Source: Chloroflexota bacterium (GTDB taxonomy: Bacteria > Chloroflexota > Anaerolineae > B4-G1 > SLSP01). From it: DNA of 64,000 nt. The notes under the pieces are model-generated. The model made no database searches. It saw only the letters and a program-made list of their open reading frames with translations, and was not told where the DNA came from. Made by a program: the position numbers and the translations under genes. Location: assembly GCA_029555965.1 (NCBI GenBank), contig JAKQHY010000027.1:8806-72805 (forward strand). Direction: 5' to 3'. This document shows, in pieces, positions 17,408-25,518 of the stretch (the stretch's first letter is position 1; each line of letters begins with the position of its first letter).

Positions 17408-19687
17408 ATGGCAGGGAACCGCTTACGCTTCGACGATGCAATACAGAAGGCCAATGACCTGGTCTGGGCAGAAAAATGGGACGACGCCGTCAAAGCCTAC
17501 CGGCGCGCGCTGGCAGAGTTCCCTGACGACGTTTCTACGCTATTGGGCTATGCTTGGGCTTTGCTCAACGCCAGCCAGACAGACGAGGCGCTCGCCGTGT
17601 ACGAGCGCCTCATCACACTCAATGCCGCTGATCCCGGGCCTTACGAGCGTATCGCTGAGATTCGTGAAAAACGAGGGGAAGCCGCCGATGCCGCGACGAT
17701 GTATTTTGAGGCAGCCCAGCGTTACAAGAAGCAAAACCTGGGGGCCAAAATGACGGCCTCCTTGGAGGCCACCGTACGCCTTACCCCCAACAACGATCGA
17801 GCCTGGGCCGAACTGCTGCAACAATATCAGCGAGAACGCGAGGTGGACAAAGCCGTGCAGGCCGCACTCTGGCTGGCGTATCTTTACCAGGACGATCACC
17901 ATGACTGGGCCGTCGAAGTATGCCGCCAGATGCAGCAGTTCATCCCGCACGAGCCGCTTATCGGGCAAGCCATGATGCTGCTGCAAAGCAACCGTGGACT
18001 GCCCAAACCCGCCGCCGCCCATGCTCAGACGGACGCGACCTCAGATGAGTTCACCGAAGGCGTCATCGAAGATGCCGGCAGTCCAGTAGATATTGCGCGG
18101 CAGCGCGCGCTGGCAAAACTGGCGGAATCCATCTTCGACGAAGATAAACCCCAGGTGCAGGGACTGTCCCAAATGGAAGTGGACATGCTCATCGGCAAAG
18201 CCATTGACGCTCAAACGCGCGGCGATTACCAGGTCTCACAACAAGCCTACGAACAACTCCTACAAGCGGGCGTCTCAATGCCCTCGATCCACTTCAACCT
18301 GGGCCTGCTCTACAAAGAACAAATGCGCTTCAGCGATGCCATTGTCCAGTTTGAACGCTCCATCACCGACCCGGAATATGTCCTGAGCAGCAACTACACG
18401 ATGGGGGAATGTTATCAGGCCCAGGGCAATTTCAAACAGGCGCTCCAATACTTCCTGGAAGCGGTGAAAATCGTGGACCTGGCCACCATCGAACATGCCC
18501 AGGCCAACGATCTGATCCGGGTTTATGAAGGACTTGCCCAAAACTTGATCAACACTGGCGAACCGGAGCGCATCCAGCAATTGGGTGAAACACTCGTCAA
18601 CTTCCTGGGGCAGCGCGGCTGGGAAGAAGAGTCCATAAAAGCTCGCAAACGACTGGATGGCATGGCGCGCTCCGGCGTGGTGCTGAGCCTGGGTGAATTG
18701 ATCAGCCTCTCCGGCTCGGAGGATGTGCTCAAGTCGCTGGCCATGGCGCAGGAATACCAACGCCGGCACAAAGTGTACAACGCCCTGGAAGAATTATTTC
18801 ACGCCATTGGCAAGGCGCCGGATTACCTGCCCCTCCACCACCTGTTGGCGACGCTCTTTCAGGAAACCGGCAACATCGAACAATCCGTTGAAAAACTGCA
18901 TACCATTGCCAGCGCCCACGAAATCCGCGGCGAAACGCCCCAGGCGCTGGCAACCTACCACGAGATTTTGCAAATATCGCCCCTCGACATCAACGTCCAT
19001 AAGCGCGTCATTGATCTGATGGTACAACATGGTCGCATTGACGACGCCTTGAATCAATATCGAGAACTGGCCGACGCCTATTATCAATTGGCGCAACCGG
19101 AACGCGCGCGCGAAACGTATGTCGAGGCCCTGCGGGTGGCGCCACGCGGCACCGATCCGCGCCAATGGGAAGTGCGCATCCTTCACAAAATGGCCGACCT
19201 GGACATGCAGCGCCTCAACTGGCAAGCCGCTATCAAAAGCTACGAAGAAATCGTCCGCATCGCCCCGGACGACGAGCGCGCCCACCTGGGACTGTTCCGC
19301 CTCTATCCCCGCACCGGACGGCCGCATCTGGGCATGGGAGCTCTCGACAAGCTGATCAGGCACCACCTGGAAAAACAACGGGTTGATAAAGTCCTGGCGA
19401 TCTTAGAAGACCTGATGAGCAGTGAACCAGACAATCCTCCCCTCCGCGCGCGAGCGGCCCAGTTATATCTCAACATGGGCAACCGCGACAAGGCCCTGGA
19501 ACATCTGGACATCCTCGGCGACTTGCAGTTGGAGGCCGGTCAGAAAGACGCTGCCAGCAAAACTATCGAGGCGATCCTGGCGCTTAACCCGCCCAACCGG
19601 CAGGATTACGTTGAACTATACCGCGAAATGACCGGGCGAGAGCCGCCGGCGCCGCGCGGCACCGGGGCGTTGCCCCCGCGAATTTAG
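17408..19687 (+). CDS. TPR repeat-containing protein
   Basis: 759 aa; repeated A/Y/L TPR-like helices; 6 nt before cdaA. Confidence 0.75.
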   Translation: MAGNRLRFDDAIQKANDLVWAEKWDDAVKAYRRALAEFPDDVSTLLGYAWALLNASQTDEALAVYERLITLNAADPGPYERIAEIREKRGEAADAATMYFEAAQRYKKQNLGAKMTASLEATVRLTPNNDRAWAELLQQYQREREVDKAVQAALWLAYLYQDDHHDWAVEVCRQMQQFIPHEPLIGQAMMLLQSNRGLPKPAAAHAQTDATSDEFTEGVIEDAGSPVDIARQRALAKLAESIFDEDKPQVQGLSQMEVDMLIGKAIDAQTRGDYQVSQQAYEQLLQAGVSMPSIHFNLGLLYKEQMRFSDAIVQFERSITDPEYVLSSNYTMGECYQAQGNFKQALQYFLEAVKIVDLATIEHAQANDLIRVYEGLAQNLINTGEPERIQQLGETLVNFLGQRGWEEESIKARKRLDGMARSGVVLSLGELISLSGSEDVLKSLAMAQEYQRRHKVYNALEELFHAIGKAPDYLPLHHLLATLFQETGNIEQSVEKLHTIASAHEIRGETPQALATYHEILQISPLDINVHKRVIDLMVQHGRIDDALNQYRELADAYYQLAQPERARETYVEALRVAPRGTDPRQWEVRILHKMADLDMQRLNWQAAIKSYEEIVRIAPDDERAHLGLFRLYPRTGRPHLGMGALDKLIRHHLEKQRVDKVLAILEDLMSSEPDNPPLRARAAQLYLNMGNRDKALEHLDILGDLQLEAGQKDAASKTIEAILALNPPNRQDYVELYREMTGREPPAPRGTGALPPRI

Positions 19688-19693
19688 TATGGA

Positions 19694-20530
19694 ATGTGGG
19701 ATCTGAACTGGTTGCTTCAACGATTGACCTGGGCAGACATCTTGGATATATCCCTGGTGGCTGTCCTTTTTTTCTGGCTCTTCTACACCATTCGCGGGAC
19801 CCGCGCCCTGCCCTTAGTGCGCGGGTTAACCGTCCTCTTGATCTCGCTGGCGCTGCTCTCACGAGTAGTGGAACTTCGGGCCTTCTCCTGGCTGATCCAA
19901 CAATTGCTGCCAGCCTTCCTCGTGGCGCTGCCGGTGCTGTTTCAGCCGGAATTACGCCGCGCCTTCGAGCAACTGGGCCGCGGGCGACTGACCCGACTGT
20001 CGCAGGATGAAAATGAATGTATCGCGCGCGCCGTTGACGCCGTGGTCGAGGCCAGCGCCTACATGGCCGCCCGTCACATTGGCGCATTGATCGTCTTTGA
20101 ACGCCATACCGGCCTCAAAGAATACACCGAAACCGGCATCCCGCTCAACGCCCAAGTCACCCCCGAACTGCTCACCACCCTGTTTGATCACCACACCATC
20201 CTCCACGATGGCGCCGTTATCATCCACAAAGGTCGGCTGGTAGCGGCGGCCTGCGTGCTGCCCCTCACTGCCGCCTTCCTGGCCGACCGTGAGCTGGGGC
20301 TGCGGCACCGCGCAGCGCTGGGCGTCACCGAGGACACTGACGCGGTCACGGTCGTCGTCTCCGAAGAACGCGGCGCCATTTCCCTGGCCCATAATGGTCG
20401 CATTATCCGCGATGTGGACGCGCCGCGCCTCGCCTCGATCTTACATGCTTTCCTGCTACCCAAACCGCGCGCGTCCGGCTTCCGGCTTTTTCGGCAACGT
20501 CTTCCCCAGGAAGAAAGGGAAAACACATGA
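19694..20530 (+). CDS. cdaA: diadenylate cyclase CdaA (membrane DisA_N/DAC domain)
   Basis: 3 N-terminal TM helices (VWYVIYKL-like LFFWLFYTIRGT), DGA...RHRAALG...TDAVTVVVSEERGAISL DAC motifs. Confidence 0.85.
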   Translation: MWDLNWLLQRLTWADILDISLVAVLFFWLFYTIRGTRALPLVRGLTVLLISLALLSRVVELRAFSWLIQQLLPAFLVALPVLFQPELRRAFEQLGRGRLTRLSQDENECIARAVDAVVEASAYMAARHIGALIVFERHTGLKEYTETGIPLNAQVTPELLTTLFDHHTILHDGAVIIHKGRLVAAACVLPLTAAFLADRELGLRHRAALGVTEDTDAVTVVVSEERGAISLAHNGRIIRDVDAPRLASILHAFLLPKPRASGFRLFRQRLPQEERENT

Positions 20531-21780
20531 GCCGTTGGTTAGGACAAAATCTGAGCTTGCTGCTCATTTCCATCCTGTTAGCCTTCTTCTTCTGGGCCGT
20601 CGCTGTCGAGGCGGAAGACCCGACGGTGGAGCGCGTCTACGGCACCCCCATCCCCGTAGAGATTCAAGGCTTGCCCGAAAACCGGATCAAATACGGGCAG
20701 GACGTCAATCGCGTCCAGGTGGAATTGCGCGCTCCACGCTCCATCTGGGAGAGCCTGACCACCGCCGACATCAATGCCTACATTGACCTCTCTGAAGCGC
20801 CAACCGGGGTGGTGACAGCGCCCGTGCAGATCAAAATCGGGCCTCAACCCGTGCGCCTGTTGAGCGTAAAACCGGCGGAGATCACCCTGAATATCGAACC
20901 CTTCATCCAGAGAGAGATCACCATCACCGTCAAAGTGAACGGTGCGCCCCAGGCAGGGTACCGGATGAGCGCACCGGAAGTGATGCCCCAGGTAGCCCGC
21001 ATCCAGGGGCCGGCCTCTTTCGTGCAACAGGTCAATATCGTCCAAGCTACGGTTGAAATTGAGGGCGCCCAGAGCAACCGCCGCAACGACTACGAGCTGA
21101 CCGCCCTCGATGCCGAGGGGCAGCCGGTTGCCAACGTGACCCTCCTGCCCAAGTCAGTCAACATCAACGTACCCGTCACCTCCCTTGGCTACATTCACGA
21201 TTTACCGGTTAACGTCTCCTTGGAGGGTCAACCAGCGGCAGGGTATCGTATTGCCGATTTGCAGATGCTCCCCCCGGTCATCAAAGTCTACGCGACTACC
21301 CGCGCCGTCAACGAAATACCAGGCTTCTTGCAAACGCAACTCATCAACATTGAAGGGTTGACCCAAACCTTGACGGCCACCGTGGACTTGCAAATTCCTA
21401 GTGGGCTGGTGACCATTCAACCCACCCGTCCAACCGTCACCGCCGTCCTGAGCATCGAAGCTATCAAAAGCGGCCTGAAGTTGGACATTCAGCCCGAAAT
21501 CCGCGGCCTCCTCCCGGCCTACACCGCCACCATTGGCATCGAATCCGTCGTCGTGATTCTCAACGGGCCACTGCTGATTATGGAAACCCTGCCCATCACC
21601 GCCGTCAGTCTTACCCTGGACTTGACCAATCTGCAACCCGGCGAATACAATCTGGCCCCTGTGGTGATCGCGCCGGACAAGATTGCCATTCAGAACCTGC
21701 TGCCAGAAACAGTTCCCGTCAAGATCGAAAAACTTCCTACACCACCGACCCCTCCGCCAACAGAAGACGTGCAACCTTAG
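20527..21780 (+). CDS. cdaR: CdaR/YbbR-like regulator of CdaA (YbbR repeats)
   Basis: 417 aa; N-terminal TM then 4 YbbR-like beta repeats; 4-nt overlap with cdaA; Pro-rich tail. Confidence 0.7.
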   Translation: MSRWLGQNLSLLLISILLAFFFWAVAVEAEDPTVERVYGTPIPVEIQGLPENRIKYGQDVNRVQVELRAPRSIWESLTTADINAYIDLSEAPTGVVTAPVQIKIGPQPVRLLSVKPAEITLNIEPFIQREITITVKVNGAPQAGYRMSAPEVMPQVARIQGPASFVQQVNIVQATVEIEGAQSNRRNDYELTALDAEGQPVANVTLLPKSVNINVPVTSLGYIHDLPVNVSLEGQPAAGYRIADLQMLPPVIKVYATTRAVNEIPGFLQTQLINIEGLTQTLTATVDLQIPSGLVTIQPTRPTVTAVLSIEAIKSGLKLDIQPEIRGLLPAYTATIGIESVVVILNGPLLIMETLPITAVSLTLDLTNLQPGEYNLAPVVIAPDKIAIQNLLPETVPVKIEKLPTPPTPPPTEDVQP

Positions 21781-21837
21781 AATCTATCCGAAAATTCGTT
21801 TTGGCTCGTGATTTGCGCCTAAAGGCGCGGTTGAGGG

Positions 21838-21882
21838 GGTGTTTTTTCGTGGGCGAGCTACGCCCGCCCACGAAAAAACACC
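21838..21882. repeat. 18-bp-stem perfect palindrome (family B: ggtgttttttcgtgggcg / cgcccacgaaaaaacacc), bidirectional terminator-like between cdaR and sufU
   Basis: Perfect inverted repeat; flanking motif caaaagcgacttcagccgcaa shared with copy at 5750-5794. Confidence 0.75.
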
Positions 21883-22014
21883 TTCCCAAAAGCGACTTCA
21901 GCCGCAAGGGTCGGCCTGGCGGCGCATCGTTGCTATAATTTTCGGATAGGTTCTTAACAAAAGCGGCGGAAGAAGGCCAGGCCTCTCCCGCCGCATGCTT
22001 CTCCGGCGCAACCG

Positions 22015-22398
22015 CTACAGCTTGCCGGCTTCTTTCAAACCCAACTTCAGTGCATTCAATGGTAATGTCGCGCACTTGACCCGGCCCATGCTCAGCCGCA
22101 CGCCGCCCATCATCGCTTCGATGTCCGCCAGGCCCATCGCGGCCACTTCCTCCGGTGTCTTGCCCACTGCCATCTCGGTAAACATCGAAGCGGACGCCAT
22201 GCTCACCACACAGCCCTGCCCTTCAAACATCACCGCCGTAATCCGGCCCTCAGCGTCCAAGCGGGCCGTCATGTGAACTACATCCCCACAAGTGGGGTTA
22301 TCCATCTCCACATCCACGTCAGCATCAGGCAACACCCCGAAGTTTTCAGGGTTGTGGTAATGATCCAACAACTGTTCACGGTATAAATCACTGCTCAT
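22015..22398 (-). CDS. sufU: SufU/IscU-like Fe-S cluster assembly scaffold (sulfur acceptor)
   Basis: 127 aa; HYHNPENFG, CGD, GQGC motifs. Confidence 0.8.
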   Translation of the reverse strand: MSSDLYREQLLDHYHNPENFGVLPDADVDVEMDNPTCGDVVHMTARLDAEGRITAVMFEGQGCVVSMASASMFTEMAVGKTPEEVAAMGLADIEAMMGGVRLSMGRVKCATLPLNALKLGLKEAGKL

Positions 22399-22403
22399 CT
22401 TTG

Positions 22404-23630
22404 TTATCTCCCCAGAATTTTCACGACCCGGTGCAACCCGGCGACCAGAGCGTCCACATCCTCTTTGTCGTTATACAGATAAAAACTGGCGCGTGCGCTG
22501 GCCGGGATGCCGAACCGCTCGTGAAGCGGCTGCGCGCAATGATGCCCGGCGCGAATGCAGATGCCATCCTCGTCCAGCAACGCGGCGATGTCGTGCGGAT
22601 GCGCCGCCTCAAGCCAGAACGACACCACGCCCCCTCGCTCCCCCAGACCAGGGCCAAGGATGTGGATGCCCGGCACTTCCGCCAACCGTGGGAGCGCGTA
22701 AGCGAGCAACTCCTGCTCATGCGCGTGAATCGCCTCCATGCCGATGGCGCCGAGGAAATCCACCGCCGCGCCCAGCCCCACTGCTTCGGCAATCGGCGGC
22801 GTGCCCGCCTCAAATTTGTGGGGTAAATCGTTCCACTTGGACTGATAGCGCTTTACCGTGCGGATCATATCGCCCCCATAAAGGAACGGCGGCATCGCGT
22901 CTAGCAGTTCGCCCCGGCCCCAGAGGATGCCCATCCCCGGTCCGCACAACTTGTGGCCGGAAATCGCCAAAAAGTCGGGGCCTAACGCCTGCACATCCAC
23001 AGGTTGGTGCGGCGCAGCCTGCGCGGCGTCCATCACCACCAACGCGCCGGCGGCGTGTGCCAGCTCCGCCACCTGCGTCACCGGCGGCAGCGTGCCGAGC
23101 ACATTGGACATCACCGAACACGCCACCAGCTTCGTGCGCCCATCCGCCAGCAGCGGCGGCAGAGCGGCAAGGTCGAGCCGCCCATCGTTCGTGACCGGTA
23201 CGTAGGCCAGCTCCGCTCCCTGTCGCAATGCCAATTGCTGCCAGGGCACCAGGTTGGCGTGATGCTCCATCTCTGTGATCACGATCCGATCCCCGGCGTG
23301 GATGTGCTCTATCCCCCAGCTATACGCGACCAAGTTCAGGCCTTCCGTCGCATTGCGGACGTAGATCACTTCGGCGGGATCGGGTGCGTTGATGAAGCGG
23401 GCCAACTTAACCCGCGCGCCCTCATACGCCTCCGTGGCTTCCTCCGCCAGTGCGTACAAACCCCGGTGGACGTTCGCGTAACTGTGTGTGTACACGCGCG
23501 TCATCGCGGCGATGACGGCGCGCGGCTTCTGGGAACTCGCCGCGCTATCCAAAAACACCAGCCGCTTTCCGTGAATCTTCCGCTCGAAAATCGGAAACTC
23601 CCGACGAATGGCTTCAACGTCTAAAGCCAT
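22404..23630 (-). CDS. sufS: cysteine desulfurase SufS (class V aminotransferase, group II)
   Basis: 408 aa; PLP-lysine SGHKLCGPGMGILWG, catalytic C in RAGHHCAQP. Confidence 0.85.
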   Translation of the reverse strand: MALDVEAIRREFPIFERKIHGKRLVFLDSAASSQKPRAVIAAMTRVYTHSYANVHRGLYALAEEATEAYEGARVKLARFINAPDPAEVIYVRNATEGLNLVAYSWGIEHIHAGDRIVITEMEHHANLVPWQQLALRQGAELAYVPVTNDGRLDLAALPPLLADGRTKLVACSVMSNVLGTLPPVTQVAELAHAAGALVVMDAAQAAPHQPVDVQALGPDFLAISGHKLCGPGMGILWGRGELLDAMPPFLYGGDMIRTVKRYQSKWNDLPHKFEAGTPPIAEAVGLGAAVDFLGAIGMEAIHAHEQELLAYALPRLAEVPGIHILGPGLGERGGVVSFWLEAAHPHDIAALLDEDGICIRAGHHCAQPLHERFGIPASARASFYLYNDKEDVDALVAGLHRVVKILGR

Positions 23631-23649
23631 ACACTGCCTCCCTTGAAAA

Positions 23650-23775
23650 TAAAGACTGTTTCACGCAAAGGCGCAAAGACGCAAAGTAAAAAACAAAGCC
23701 TTGGCGAGCTTGGCGGCTTTGCGTGAAATTTTCATCCCACCGCTGGTGAACGCCGGTTCATGATGATCATTTTTC
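23650..23775 (-). repeat. family-A leader element copy (heptamer variant ctttgcg x3) directly upstream of sufS, supplying GGGAGG RBS
   Basis: minus strand: ...ccggcgttcaccagcggtgggatgaaaatttcacgcaaag...actttgcgtctttgcgcctttgcgtg...tattttcaaGGGAGGcagtgtATG. Confidence 0.8.
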
Positions 23776-23931
23776 ACCCACAACATAGCCTAGTATAACA
23801 CATAAACCAAAAAAGTACCTTCTTTAATATCTCTGGAGCGCGCGTAAAATGACCCATTTGGGTACTAGACGCGCCCGCGCCCGTCTTTTATAATGCAAAA
23901 GAATCATCCGCCAAAAAAAGGAGAAAAAAAC

Positions 23932-25341
23932 ATGTTAAAGACTGCCGCCGACGTTGTAAAAATGGGCAAAGACGTGGATATGGTGGACCTGCGCTTTACC
24001 GATCTGCTCGGTACCTGGCACCACTTCACCATCCCCGCGCGCGAGTTGGACGAGGAATTGTTCGAGGCCGGCATCGGCTTCGATGGTTCCTCCATCCGGG
24101 GCTTCCAGGAAACCCACGAGTCCGACATGCTGCTCATCCCAGACCCAGACACAGCTTTTAAAGACCAGATTTTTGAAGTCCCCACCCTGGTCATCATTTG
24201 TGACATCTTCGATCCCGTGACACTGCAACCCTACAGCCGCGATTCGCGCTACGTAGCCAAGAAAGCTGAAGCCTACCTCAAGCAGACCGGCATTGCCGAC
24301 ATCAGCTATTGGGGGCCGGAAGCGGAATTCTTCATCTTCAACACCGTGCGCTACGGCAGCAACACCAACGAAGCCTTCTACCACATTGACAGCGAGGAAG
24401 CCTGGTGGAACAGCGGGGCCGTCGGCGGCAAAGGCGGCCAGATTCCGCCCAAACGCGGCTACTTCCCCGTTCCGCCGGCCGACACCCTGCAAGACGTGCG
24501 CAGCCGCATCGTGATGGCGCTGGAGGCGGCCGGCGTGCCCATCGAGCTCCACCACCACGAAGTCGCCACCGCCGGTCAAACCGAGATCGGCATGCGCTAC
24601 AGCACATTGGTGCGTATGGCCGACAGTATCTTGATGTATAAATATATCGTCAAAAACGTGGCCCGCAAGAACGGCCTGACGGCGACCTTTATGCCCAAAC
24701 CGCTCTTTGGCGACAACGGCAGCGGTATGCACGTCCACCAAAGCCTGTGGAACGGCAATACCAATGTCTTCTTCGACGATTCTGGCTATGCTCAGCTCTC
24801 GGACACGGCCCGGTACTATATCGGCGGCCTGCTCAAGCACGCGCCCGCCCTGCTGGCCCTCGTCGCCCCCACCACCAACTCGTACCGCCGCCTGGCGCCC
24901 GGCTTTGAGGCGCCCGTCAACCTGGCCTACTCGCAGCGCAACCGCTCGGCTGTCTGCCGCATCCCCGTCTACTCCAAAAGCCCCAAGGCCAAGCGCATCG
25001 AGTTCCGCGCCCCTGACCCATCCTGCAATCCGTACTTGTGCTTGGCGGCGCTGTTGATGGCCGGCCTGGATGGTATTCAGAATCAGATCGATCCCGGCGA
25101 GCCGATGGACAAGGACCTCTACGGCCTGCCGCCGGAGGAAGCCGCCAAGATCAAGCAAGTGCCGGGTTCACTGGAAGCGGTCATGGCGGCGCTCCAGGCC
25201 GATCATGAATTCCTGCTCAAGGGCGACGTATTCACGCCGGACTTGCTCTCGGCCTACATGGCCTACAAGAAACAGGCCGAGATTGACCCTGTGCGGATGC
25301 GCCCTCACCCCTATGAGTTCACGCTGTATTACGACATTTAA
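23932..25341 (+). CDS. glnA: glutamine synthetase type I
   Basis: GS-I motifs ([23 protein letters not shown]); start set at MLKTAADV with AAGGAG RBS. Confidence 0.9.
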   Translation: MLKTAADVVKMGKDVDMVDLRFTDLLGTWHHFTIPARELDEELFEAGIGFDGSSIRGFQETHESDMLLIPDPDTAFKDQIFEVPTLVIICDIFDPVTLQPYSRDSRYVAKKAEAYLKQTGIADISYWGPEAEFFIFNTVRYGSNTNEAFYHIDSEEAWWNSGAVGGKGGQIPPKRGYFPVPPADTLQDVRSRIVMALEAAGVPIELHHHEVATAGQTEIGMRYSTLVRMADSILMYKYIVKNVARKNGLTATFMPKPLFGDNGSGMHVHQSLWNGNTNVFFDDSGYAQLSDTARYYIGGLLKHAPALLALVAPTTNSYRRLAPGFEAPVNLAYSQRNRSAVCRIPVYSKSPKAKRIEFRAPDPSCNPYLCLAALLMAGLDGIQNQIDPGEPMDKDLYGLPPEEAAKIKQVPGSLEAVMAALQADHEFLLKGDVFTPDLLSAYMAYKKQAEIDPVRMRPHPYEFTLYYDI

Positions 25342-25366
25342 TCAGCCGATTGCCTCCTTATGAGAA

Positions 25367-25416
25367 CATGAAACGTGAAACGTGATGTTGACCGACATCA
25401 CGTTTCACGTTTCATG
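25367..25416. repeat. perfect 21-bp inverted repeat with 8-nt loop between glnA and GAF sensor kinase gene; no flanking U-tract
   Basis: catgaaacgtgaaacgtgatg-ttgaccga-catcacgtttcacgtttcatg; TACAAT -10-like hexamer 10 nt downstream. Confidence 0.8.
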
Positions 25417-25518
25417 CTTCCGTGTTACAATGGAGACGTTTTCACCCTCAAGCCCTGACAAACCAGCAAAAAAATCTGCTTCAGCGACGCGAGCTACTGA
25501 TAAAAAACGCAGGTAGGT

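Noticed and set aside
23780-23931. NtcA/GlnR/TnrA-type operator upstream of glnA
   Set aside because: Scanned for GTAN8TAC and TGTNAN7TNACA; only poor partial matches, so not reported as a feature
23935-25158. 407-aa ORF on - strand
   Set aside because: Antisense to glnA, whose product is unmistakable
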